Source of the DNA: Candidatus Omnitrophota bacterium
Lineage (GTDB): Bacteria; Omnitrophota; Gorgyraeia; Duberdicusellales; 4484-171
Direction: 5' to 3'
DNA: 64,000 nt
Assembly: GCA_037146775.1 (NCBI GenBank)
Contig: JBAWWL010000001.1
Coordinates: 325,464 to 389,463 of the forward strand
A model generated the notes under the pieces. The model saw only the letters and a list, made by a program, of their open reading frames with translations, did not search any database and was not told the DNA's origin. Below, one piece after another: positions 29,482 to 37,787 of this stretch. Position numbers and translations under genes: made by a program. Within the stretch, counting starts at the first letter, position 1; each line of letters begins with the position of its first letter.

Positions 29482-29982
29482 ATAAATAACTACGTTATTT
29501 ATGTGCGCCCCTTAATTGTTGAGTCATAGGTCGAAATCTTTAAAGAGGGCGATGCCATGAAGTGAAGTGTTAATGAATTAGATTTTTTGAGGTGGATCAT
29601 TATGGGAGAAGGGAAGAATTGGAAGTTTGGTGTTTTCATTTTAGGTATTATCGGGTTGATACTGTTATTTAGTGCAGCAGCCGTATTAGGTGTGATTATA
29701 TTATTTATTGTCATTATGATTGTGCTGATACATGAGGGCTTAAAGAAGTCTGTAAAAGGTGGGCATAAGTCCTCTTCAGATAAAAAAAGGGATAAGCATA
29801 AATCTTCTTCAGATACTAATAAGCAAGATGAATCAGCTGCGTGGCGTCCTACTATATGGCAGCGAATCTATGAAAGGAAACTGTTGGAGAACAATGAGCG
29901 GAAACGTATTGAACTGAAGAAGTAAGATAGAGAAACCTTGATTCTTCTTTACACTTTTAAAACATAAATACTACGTATTTAT
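29482..29982. repeat. Pair of related palindromes ATAAATA(A)C-TAC-G(T)TATTTAT at 29482-29502 and 29964-29982
   Basis: Direct reading; they flank one gene. Confidence 0.55.
29587..29925 (+). CDS. Membrane protein with charged tail (likely start ATG 29602)
   Basis: TM hairpin; SD GAGGTGG. Confidence 0.55.
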   Translation: MRWIIMGEGKNWKFGVFILGIIGLILLFSAAAVLGVIILFIVIMIVLIHEGLKKSVKGGHKSSSDKKRDKHKSSSDTNKQDESAAWRPTIWQRIYERKLLENNERKRIELKK

Positions 29983-29999
29983 TAGGTATCCCCACAGTT

Positions 30000-30362
30000 T
30001 TAAAAGTGTTGTGGCTTCTTGAAGAATATCGTCGGACTGAGGTATTTTGTTCTTTGCTGGTTGTTCCTGTGGTTGTATTTTTCCTTCAGGAGGAGAATTA
30101 TTGGTGCGTGAGCTATTATTTGGGGTTTTCCGGCCTCGTCGTCCATTTCCGCTCTCATCGTTCCCCAGAGCCTTACTGCTGTGCTTGTCGTTGAGAGAGT
30201 GCTGTGCTTAATCTTTCTTGCGAGCTTGCTGATTGGCGTCCATTGCGGATAGTTGGGGAGTTCTTCCAGCATCTTGATTGCTCTCTTTTCTTCTGAAGCT
30301 TCAAGGTGCAGATAGCTGACCTCCTGATGGAAGCTGATTAGTCTTAGTTTTTCTCGTTCCAT
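30000..30362 (-). CDS. Hypothetical protein, possibly winged-helix
   Basis: Overlaps the 3' end of the ATPase gene. Confidence 0.55.
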   Translation of the reverse strand: MEREKLRLISFHQEVSYLHLEASEEKRAIKMLEELPNYPQWTPISKLARKIKHSTLSTTSTAVRLWGTMRAEMDDEAGKPQIIAHAPIILLLKEKYNHRNNQQRTKYLSPTIFFKKPQHF

Positions 30363-31753
30363 TTTTTTACCAGTTCTTTTAGTTCTTCGTCTGTTAGTTT
30401 CCTCGTTGGTAGTGGTGGGGGTGTTTTTATGAGGCAGTTTTTGGCTCTGCCTTTGACTTTGGCGAAGGCTTGGCCTAGCCAGATGTAATCAATGTATCTT
30501 GTCTCGTGCTGTTTGAGGAAGAGGCCGTTTGATACTGTTGACACGTCTTTGAATGTGTTTGCGGCAAAGTGTATTTGGGTTTTGCATTGGAAGGCGTAGT
30601 TTTTGAGTTCGCTGCATTCCTGAGCAAGCGTGACTACTCCCAGTCCTAGTTTTCTTCCTTCTCGATAAATGTTTTGTAGCGTGCCGTCGCCAAACATTCG
30701 TTCTTCTGTTGAAGAGGTCATCATGTTTTGGCTTTCTTCCATTATGAGAAGCATCCTTAGTTTTTCTGTTTCTCCGATGCTGAGGAAGTACAGCATGATG
30801 TAAAGCAACAAGGTTTCTTGGAATAGTATCCTTAGGCTGTTTGGGAGTTCTATGTCCATCTCAAGAATTGTAATTCCGGGTCTCTCAAGCATTTTGGATA
30901 TGTCCATTGGGTTTCTTGAGCCGAACAACTCTTTTGTGTTCGGCCTAAGCATTGAAGACAAAACCCTCATTGCACTGTCTTTCCAAAGTGAAGCCCTGCC
31001 GCGCAGGAATTGGTTATCTACCCTTTTTTTGATGTCTTCAATGTTTGGAAGCAGATGAAGTTTTCCCTGCTGATAGCCTTCCAGCAAATTTTCTGCCTCG
31101 TTCAGTATCAAGCTTCCTGATCCCTGCCCTGAGAGCAAAGATTTCGAGAGAGGCTTTTCAGAAATTATGCCTATCCAACTCAGTGGCGAAACGCCCGGAG
31201 GGGGTGAGAAGAAGAGGTTGTATCTGAACGGCGAAGTTTCCCTCCCTATGGTGTAAACCCGAATGTCTTTTACGAAAGGATAACTTTCTTTGGGCAGTTT
31301 ACACAGACTTGACCATGTCCTGTTCCAATCCACAATCCAAATAGGAACATTCTTCTCTGCCAACTGCACAGCGATATTGTAAGCAAGAGTAGTCTTTCCC
31401 GTTCCAGTAAGGCCAGTACAAAGAATATGATGCCTCAAATCATTCATGGACAGTTTCAGGGGATAAAGCTCCCTATCAGTCCCGTCACCGTTCCTTCCGT
31501 AGCATACCTGTCCGAGCGTTATTTCTCCCAATCCGCACTCTTCTTTGGTTGATGGCGGCAACATCGGCTGGTCTGGCAAAAGACTGTCATTTAAGAGCTT
31601 GTTTGCTGAGAGCTTCAATATTTTTGACAGTCGATCTTTTCGTTCCTCATCACCAATAGCATGAATCAGCTTGAGCTTTTCCGCTTTTTCCCGCCCCCAC
31701 GCAGGTTCGAGACGAAGGATAAGCTCGTCCGTCTGCTCATCAATCTGTATCAC
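30344..31753 (-). CDS. DUF87/HerA-FtsK-family ATPase
   Basis: HILCTGLTGTGKT, LIMEESQN, REGRKLGLG...AQ. Confidence 0.85.
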   Translation of the reverse strand: MIQIDEQTDELILRLEPAWGREKAEKLKLIHAIGDEERKDRLSKILKLSANKLLNDSLLPDQPMLPPSTKEECGLGEITLGQVCYGRNGDGTDRELYPLKLSMNDLRHHILCTGLTGTGKTTLAYNIAVQLAEKNVPIWIVDWNRTWSSLCKLPKESYPFVKDIRVYTIGRETSPFRYNLFFSPPPGVSPLSWIGIISEKPLSKSLLSGQGSGSLILNEAENLLEGYQQGKLHLLPNIEDIKKRVDNQFLRGRASLWKDSAMRVLSSMLRPNTKELFGSRNPMDISKMLERPGITILEMDIELPNSLRILFQETLLLYIMLYFLSIGETEKLRMLLIMEESQNMMTSSTEERMFGDGTLQNIYREGRKLGLGVVTLAQECSELKNYAFQCKTQIHFAANTFKDVSTVSNGLFLKQHETRYIDYIWLGQAFAKVKGRAKNCLIKTPPPLPTRKLTDEELKELVKKWNEKN

Positions 31754-32232
31754 TTCTGCTCACCCAGAATCTTCTTGTCTTGCTGCCCTTCAAGGCGCTT
31801 ATGCCACAGGTCTACAAACATCGAGGTTGGTTCTGACAGGTCTTCCCAAGCCTTAATTTTTTGTTCAAGAAGCAGGTTCTCTGTGCCTTTTTTTTCCTTT
31901 TCCAAAGCCATCCTTCGCCTCTCAATATTCATGTTATAACCAAGCTTAAACGAATAAAGCTGTCCGATCTCTTTAGAAAGCTCGTTCCACTGGTTTTCCA
32001 AAACTGAGACCGTGTTATTGTAAATCTTAAGCCTGTACGTAATACAGAAGGCAGTATTAACGACCTTATCCAAAAGCTTAGCCTCATCCATACCAAGAAT
32101 TGCTTCCAAAGAAAAGCCGCCATCCTGCGATTGAACAGCCTTTTGCGGAGTTGGCTGGTAGCGGGAGGAGTAGAGGTATCTCTCAAACACAGGCGTTCCG
32201 TACAGTGCTGGCTTGTAATTATTGAAGTCCAT
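31750..32232 (-). CDS. Hypothetical coiled-coil protein coupled to the ATPase
   Basis: GTGA overlap; downstream of dyad site 6. Confidence 0.7.
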   Translation of the reverse strand: MDFNNYKPALYGTPVFERYLYSSRYQPTPQKAVQSQDGGFSLEAILGMDEAKLLDKVVNTAFCITYRLKIYNNTVSVLENQWNELSKEIGQLYSFKLGYNMNIERRRMALEKEKKGTENLLLEQKIKAWEDLSEPTSMFVDLWHKRLEGQQDKKILGEQK

Positions 32233-32272
32233 CTTAACTACACAGTAAAAACAAACCCATTAAAAAAGATTA

Positions 32273-32311
32273 CACCCAAATAGCACCCGCGTTTTAGGTG
32301 ATGATTGGCTG
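32273..32311. repeat. Dyad site 6: CACC-CAAATAG-CACC-N9-GGTG-N7-GCTG
   Basis: Direct reading. Confidence 0.7.
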
Positions 32312-32431
32312 ATAGATAGCTTCAATCCTAAATATGCTTTTCCTATCAAAGAAGGTATACCCATCGTTCTGTATAAGGTGGCCAATGTGGATGCCTCAAG
32401 TGTTTGGAATAGATTTTGTAACGTGCCCTAA
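32294..32431 (+). pseudogene. Start-less gene remnant with a Trm112-like motif
   Basis: LGDDWLIDSFNPKYAFPIKEGIPIVL...*. Confidence 0.4.
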
Positions 32432-32490
32432 TGGGTCTTTCCTAAGCCCTTGATTCTTATGATGGTTATGGGTTTTGTGACTTAACCAAG

Positions 32491-32530
32491 CCCCCTATTC
32501 CTCCCTGATTTTTCCAGTTTTCCTTTATTA
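32491..32530 (-). repeat. Roughly 10-bp-phased repeats resembling those at 6504-6544, inverted
   Basis: Reverse complement TAATAAAGGA AAACTGGAAA AATCAGGGAG GAATAGGGGG. Confidence 0.4.
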
Positions 32531-32639
32531 GCAGTTATGACGTTTCTCTTATATATGTGTAAAATTTATGCCTTAGCAACACAAGGCGACCCAAAATTTT
32601 TGAGAGCGGTCTGTCTTGACCAGAAAGGAGGTGAATTCT

Positions 32640-32771
32640 ATGGGATGTTTAGGGAAATGCGGCGAGTGTTTGAGGTTGAAGTGTGGGGGCGGCTGGGTTA
32701 CTGACGGGAAAAGGTATTACTGGCTGCCAAAACAAGAGAAACAGAAAATAAAAATGGGAGGTGCAAAATGA
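32640..32771 (+). CDS. Small Cys-rich protein (43 aa), not in ORF track
   Basis: Strong SD AAAGGAGGTGA; MGCLGKCGECLRLKCGGG... Confidence 0.55.
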   Translation: MGCLGKCGECLRLKCGGGWVTDGKRYYWLPKQEKQKIKMGGAK

Positions 32772-32947
32772 GCGAGAGAATGCCTTGCAGTCATTGTGGA
32801 AAAAGCGGAACTACGCAGTATTCGTGTTGTTTCTACAAATTTTATGGCAGAAAACCTGGGTTTTTTGAGTCCATGGATTACGTGCAGTGTTGTGCTTGTA
32901 AAGGCACAGGCTATGAGCCGAAGGCTGCGCCCCTTTACAACATGTAA
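32768..32947 (+). CDS. Small DnaJ-type zinc-finger protein (59 aa), not in ORF track
   Basis: SD GGAGGTG, ATGA overlap; CSHCGKSG...CCACKGTG. Confidence 0.6.
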   Translation: MSERMPCSHCGKSGTTQYSCCFYKFYGRKPGFFESMDYVQCCACKGTGYEPKAAPLYNM

Positions 32948-32960
32948 AGGGTGGGAAAGT

Positions 32961-32995
32961 GAGGGGCGGCTAAAGTGTTTTTGGCCGCCTCTCCA
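32961..32995 (+). terminator. GC-rich hairpin before the relaxase gene
   Basis: GAGGGGCGGCTAAA...TTTGGCCGCCTCTC inverted repeat; no clear U-tract on the + strand. Confidence 0.35.
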
Positions 32996-33017
32996 CTCAC
33001 AAAAAAAGGAATATGCT

Positions 33018-33761
33018 ATGAAAAGAATTAGGCTGTGGAAAAGAGACTACGACATCATCGAAAACTTAAAGAATGGTTTGTTTACAACCGGCCAGCTTGC
33101 CAAACTCTTTTTTAGTTCGCAAAAGAAAGCTGCTGAACGCCTCATATTATTATTCAAAGCCGGACTTGCCGATAGATTTCAGGCACCACTTGATGAGGCA
33201 AAGGGAAAGCCAGAATACGTCTACTGCAAAAAAAACGGGAAAATCCCCAAGAATTACAGCCATATCAAGCACAGCCTTGCAATAACTGATTTTTATGTAT
33301 GGCTCATCGAAAAGACAAAACAAGTTCAAGACATGGTTGCCAAATTTTATTATGGAACAACCCTCGAAGATAAGGGATTGCATGGCGGACTTTTGCTTCC
33401 TGACGCTTTTTTCGTTCTTGAGAAGGCAGACAAAAAGCTCCTGTATTTTGTCGAAATAGATTTGGGAACAGAAACCCTAAGGTCAGGATCAAACTACTCA
33501 TTTGAAGGAAAACTCGATTTATACGCCGACATTTTTGACAGCGAAGAATACAACAAATTCCTCAACCACAAATTCGTAGGCTTCAGACTGCTCTGTGTTT
33601 TTACATCACAAAAAAGGATGCAAAATTTTCTGGGAATCGCAAAAGAAAAGAACTCCGACTTTGTCTTGTGCTCAACATTTGATTCGCTCAAAAATTCTGA
33701 TTTTATCGAAAAAACATGGGCTGACATTTCAGGGAAGAAAGTTGGTTTGTCAGGAAAATAA
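33018..33761 (+). CDS. Replication-relaxation (Replic_Relax) family protein
   Basis: wHTH (LFTTGQLAKLFF), HSLAITDF, LPDAFF...YFVEIDLGTE PD-(D/E)xK-like motifs; AGGA SD before ATG 33018. Confidence 0.8.
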   Translation: MKRIRLWKRDYDIIENLKNGLFTTGQLAKLFFSSQKKAAERLILLFKAGLADRFQAPLDEAKGKPEYVYCKKNGKIPKNYSHIKHSLAITDFYVWLIEKTKQVQDMVAKFYYGTTLEDKGLHGGLLLPDAFFVLEKADKKLLYFVEIDLGTETLRSGSNYSFEGKLDLYADIFDSEEYNKFLNHKFVGFRLLCVFTSQKRMQNFLGIAKEKNSDFVLCSTFDSLKNSDFIEKTWADISGKKVGLSGK

Positions 33762-33779
33762 ATTTTAGAGGATAGGGTA

Positions 33780-34337
33780 GTGAAAATTCTTCCAACCCAA
33801 AAAGGATACAACATAGTTTACGCAGACCCGCCTTGGCGTTACGGCGCTCAGGGTAGCTCTTCTTGGATGGGGCGAGGAGCGAAAAAGCACTATCCGACTA
33901 TGAATTTGGAAGACATAAAGAACCTGAAAATTCCGTGCGGCAAAGATTGCGTACTTTTCTTATGGGTAGTTTTTCCACTACTAAAAGAAGGATTACAAGT
34001 AATGGACGCATGGGGCTTCAAATACAAAACCGTAGCCTTCGTCTGGATTAAGCTAAACAAGAAAAACAAAGAACCATTCTGCGGCATGGGCTCATGGACA
34101 AGGTCAAACGCAGAAATTTGCCTGCTTGGAACAAGAGGAAAAAACAAGCGAACGAGTGCCAAAGTAAGACAAGTAATCATTTCGGAAAGAAGGGAACACT
34201 CACGAAAGCCCGACGAAGTACGAGACAGAATAATTCAACTCATGGGAGATAATCCAAGAATAGAACTCTTTGCTAGACAGAAAAATGAAGGTTGGGATGT
34301 TTGGGGAAACGAAGTAGACAAATTCGGGACGAATTAA
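33780..34337 (+). CDS. MT-A70-family adenine methyltransferase
   Basis: YADPPW, LFLW, WGFKYKT, HSRKP, IELFAR. Confidence 0.92.
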   Translation: MKILPTQKGYNIVYADPPWRYGAQGSSSWMGRGAKKHYPTMNLEDIKNLKIPCGKDCVLFLWVVFPLLKEGLQVMDAWGFKYKTVAFVWIKLNKKNKEPFCGMGSWTRSNAEICLLGTRGKNKRTSAKVRQVIISERREHSRKPDEVRDRIIQLMGDNPRIELFARQKNEGWDVWGNEVDKFGTN

Positions 34338-34380
34338 GCAGGGGATTAGGTTGGGGATTTGGTCGGGGATTAAGCCCCTG
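34338..34380 (+). repeat. Three GGGGATT units at 12-bp spacing within a CAGGGG...CCCCTG inverted repeat
   Basis: Direct reading. Confidence 0.55.
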
Positions 34381-34494
34381 TATAGGAATGGCGTAACTGG
34401 CAGAAAACAAGCGGGAAGCAACAAATTGGCAGAAGCCAATACCCCTTGAAACAGTGACAGGGGATACATAACTCAAAATACAAAGGAGTACCTA

Positions 34495-36828
34495 ATGAAA
34501 AACCAACAAAGAATACAAGACTTCATGACAGAAATGTTCCTAGGTAATGCAAGAAATAATTACCAATACGAATGTGGCCGTTGGAGCCTTCCTGCCGTTT
34601 ACCCTTACCAGATTTGCGCCGAACCCATTTTTGAACTTTTTGACCCAATGCAGACTTACTCACTATCCACCAATACCGCCAGATTGGTCAGAAGGGTTAG
34701 TAGTAGCAGTAGTAGTAGTCGGGTAGTAAGGGAAGTAAAGCTAAATTATTTTGAAAAAGTTGAGTGGCTAAAGTTTGAGAGCTTGCTTAATTGTTTTTCC
34801 GCCTTTGAGAAATCGGTAAGCTTCGAAATTTTCTGCCTAAATGGTTCTGTAACTTTCTTTATCGGCAGTGCTTCTTTGGATCAGCTAAATATTGTCTGCA
34901 ATGTTTTCCAGAGCTACTTTCCCGGCACTGTTTTTAGGGAAGTTCCTGATCCTTTGCTGACCTTAAATGATTGCGGAGAGGGATTTTTTGTTTGCGATTT
35001 TTACTGCTCTGCTCCTTATCACAAAAAGGTATCTTCTGACAGGACGGTTGGTTGCCTTAATTCTGTTTTCAAAACATTCTCTGGCCTGAAGAGCGGGGAG
35101 TGCGGTTTTTATCAGGTCATCTTTGAGCCTGCAAAGGATGAATGGGGCAAAAACGTCAAGGCTCTTAGTGCCGCAGAAAAGCTTGCAAGCAACACCTATC
35201 CTTCCGGCGCAAGCCCCTCTGATGGCTTCAAAGACGCGGCTTTGCCTTTGTATGCCTGCCGGGTACGCTTGGGCTGTGTTGTTGGGAAGGATAGCGGTGT
35301 TGTTGACGCTATTAAGCAGTTTGGCAGTTGTTTTGTTCATGGCGGAAAAGCCTTGAGTTTTCGGACTGAAAAGGACTTTCTTGACGTTGTAAAAAAACGG
35401 GATGTGGCCGAAATGGTTGGCGGCAGATTCGGGTTTTGTTCCGGCCTTTTGCTTGACACCAAGGAGCTTGCTTCTTTTGTTTACTTTCCTGACCGAAGCA
35501 TTACCAGTTTTGGGCTAAAGATTAACTTCACAAGAGGATTTATGGTGAGCAAAGCTTTGCTATCAGGCCGCCCAATAGGATTTAGCTGCTCAAGCGGCAG
35601 CGATGACGTCATCTGCCTGCCAACAAACATTCAGAACAAGTGCATGTGGATTCTTGGCACTGCAAGGAAAGGCAAAAGTGTTTCGATGGCTAATCAGTTC
35701 CTTTGGCTTGCAGACAACGGCGACGGAGCGGATTTTATTGATCCTCACCGCACAACAGTATTTGAACTCCTCGGTCTCTTGCCCGATGAAGTCTTAGATA
35801 GGGTTATTTATTTGGATTATGACGATGACGATTATGTTGTGGACTTCAATCCTTTTGATGAAGCTGATGAAGAGTCTTTTGGCAGGCTGACTATCGAGTT
35901 TGTGAACAGCTTCAAGAACCTGTTTGAGGCGGCAAGTTTCCACCGCATGAGCCATTTGCTTAGGATGGCGGTTTATGCCCTCTTTGTACTGAAAAAAAAT
36001 ATCAGCAGTATTCCTGCTCTTTTTTCCCGGACAGATGAGGGAGATGCTTTAAGGAAGGCTGTTGTTGATAAGTGCAAAAATGAAGAGGTGACGCGGTTTT
36101 GGAAAAGCGAGTTTTATGGTTATCGTAAAGATGCTTTTAGCCCAATCCTTAACAGGTTTTCCGCACTTCTTATGGACGCTAAGGCTTCGCGTATTTTCTC
36201 AAGAGAAAAAAACAAGGTTGATTTGGCAGACGCTATGGATTCCGGCAAGTTATTGCTTGAGGCGTTGCCTAACAGCATTGATGTTTCCGGGATTATCGGT
36301 GGAATGAGGATTGGGCAGACTCAGAAATGCGCTTTTGCCCGGACAGCAAAAAGGGATAGTTGCCGCAGAGAGTTTCATTTGTTGGTCGATGAGTTTCACC
36401 GTTTTTCTACAGGCAAAACGCTTGAGAGCATCATTAACGAAACTGTAAAGGCTGGACTTCATTTGTGCGCGGCTAATCAGGAGACTGCGCAACTTAGTGA
36501 TGAGTTGTTGAGGGCTGTTTTGAGCATGCCGAACATCATGTTGTTCAATGTCAATTTCTTGGATGCAAAGAAGCTGTTGCCTGTTTTCAATAATCGTATA
36601 GGTGTTGAAGACATTACAGGGCTTGGTGTGGGGGAGTGTTTTGTTAAGTTTGGTGATGAGATTGTGGACGTTAAATGTTTTGCGCCTAGAAAGGATTATT
36701 CAGAAGAAAAGGCCAAAAGAATCATTGAGGAGAGCAGAAAAAAATATTACACACCAGTCTCTATGCTCCAAAAAGAAAAACCAGAAGCAAGAGGCGAGAA
36801 GCGCGCAAGAATTATTGACTCATTCTAA
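34495..36828 (+). CDS. VirD4/TraD-like type IV coupling ATPase
   Basis: GTARKGKS, FIDPH, FNPF, LLVDEFH, ANQ motifs. Confidence 0.8.
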   Translation: MKNQQRIQDFMTEMFLGNARNNYQYECGRWSLPAVYPYQICAEPIFELFDPMQTYSLSTNTARLVRRVSSSSSSSRVVREVKLNYFEKVEWLKFESLLNCFSAFEKSVSFEIFCLNGSVTFFIGSASLDQLNIVCNVFQSYFPGTVFREVPDPLLTLNDCGEGFFVCDFYCSAPYHKKVSSDRTVGCLNSVFKTFSGLKSGECGFYQVIFEPAKDEWGKNVKALSAAEKLASNTYPSGASPSDGFKDAALPLYACRVRLGCVVGKDSGVVDAIKQFGSCFVHGGKALSFRTEKDFLDVVKKRDVAEMVGGRFGFCSGLLLDTKELASFVYFPDRSITSFGLKINFTRGFMVSKALLSGRPIGFSCSSGSDDVICLPTNIQNKCMWILGTARKGKSVSMANQFLWLADNGDGADFIDPHRTTVFELLGLLPDEVLDRVIYLDYDDDDYVVDFNPFDEADEESFGRLTIEFVNSFKNLFEAASFHRMSHLLRMAVYALFVLKKNISSIPALFSRTDEGDALRKAVVDKCKNEEVTRFWKSEFYGYRKDAFSPILNRFSALLMDAKASRIFSREKNKVDLADAMDSGKLLLEALPNSIDVSGIIGGMRIGQTQKCAFARTAKRDSCRREFHLLVDEFHRFSTGKTLESIINETVKAGLHLCAANQETAQLSDELLRAVLSMPNIMLFNVNFLDAKKLLPVFNNRIGVEDITGLGVGECFVKFGDEIVDVKCFAPRKDYSEEKAKRIIEESRKKYYTPVSMLQKEKPEARGEKRARIIDSF

Positions 36829-36859
36829 AAACACAAAACCAAAAAGGGAGGTGTTTACC

Positions 36860-37480
36860 ATGTTTGCTGCAAAAAGCGTAAAAGAAGTAATTGCATTACT
36901 GCACGTAGACGTCATCGCGGAACAAATCGAAAGCGTACACAAAATCATTCGGGAAAGCTACAAAGTCAAAAAATACGTTGTGGAGGACTATGAGGAATTC
37001 AAAAATGAGATTTCGAGGTATTACCAGTATCACTTCAGCATGTGGATAGATGCAGACTCAATAATGCCTCCTGATCTTGCACACACAAGAGCGCGCAACA
37101 TACTAAAGAATCAGCCAAACACAAATCTGCCAGAGATTCGAGACGTCTTGGGCAGCTCTGGCGAAAACGGCTACACAATATCTTACAAAAACGCAAAAAC
37201 AGGCCGCTACGGAGGACTAATAGGCGTTATCGACGCCCTTGCGGAAGGGATTAAAAATGACGCCATATCCAAATACGTCTCAGCAGTCTTCCTCGACTGC
37301 GTTAACCCAATGGACTTCGACAAAAAAATATATTTCATCCAAGAATACCTAAAAACGTACGGACAGATATTGCTTCCGGGGGAAGAATTCCTAAGCATAT
37401 ACGAACTAGCAAACGACCTAGAAGCAATAATACAAAACCACGTAAAAATAATAAACGAATTCAGAAAAAAATTGCAATAA
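36860..37480 (+). CDS. Hypothetical protein (206 aa)
   Basis: SD GGGAGGTG before ATG 36860. Confidence 0.7.
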   Translation: MFAAKSVKEVIALLHVDVIAEQIESVHKIIRESYKVKKYVVEDYEEFKNEISRYYQYHFSMWIDADSIMPPDLAHTRARNILKNQPNTNLPEIRDVLGSSGENGYTISYKNAKTGRYGGLIGVIDALAEGIKNDAISKYVSAVFLDCVNPMDFDKKIYFIQEYLKTYGQILLPGEEFLSIYELANDLEAIIQNHVKIINEFRKKLQ

Positions 37481-37620
37481 ATTGTGTTTTAAGCGCGGAG
37501 GTTTCTTGATGAGTCTGCTTCCAAGTAAGGCTATTAGTTATGCAGTGATTGTTTTTTTGTGCGCAGTGTTTTTTGGTTTAGTAATAAAATTTTGGTAAGG
37601 ACTTGGAGGTGTGTTGATTG

Positions 37621-37758
37621 ATGAACAACAAGGCGCAGAGAAGTTTGGATGGTTTTGATGAAAAGAAGAGGTTGCAGCGTTTTTATGCGATTCTTCTTGA
37701 TGCAGACCTTGCATGCTTTTCTGACCTTATCGAGAAACGCAGGAGGTACAAGAAATAG
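37621..37758 (+). CDS. Small hypothetical protein (45 aa)
   Basis: SD GGAGGTG. Confidence 0.4.
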   Translation: MNNKAQRSLDGFDEKKRLQRFYAILLDADLACFSDLIEKRRRYKK

Positions 37759-37787
37759 TTCTTTACAAAACCCTACAAATACCTATA

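Noticed and set aside
32796-33017. N-terminal extension of the relaxase ORF given in the track
   Set aside because: Overlaps a better-supported small ORF and a hairpin; ATG 33018 has an SD. The 36602-36859 extension is likewise rejected in favour of ATG 36860.
34697-34720. AGT triplet run as a phase-variation tract
   Set aside because: In-frame Ser run; unit length 3 would not shift the frame.
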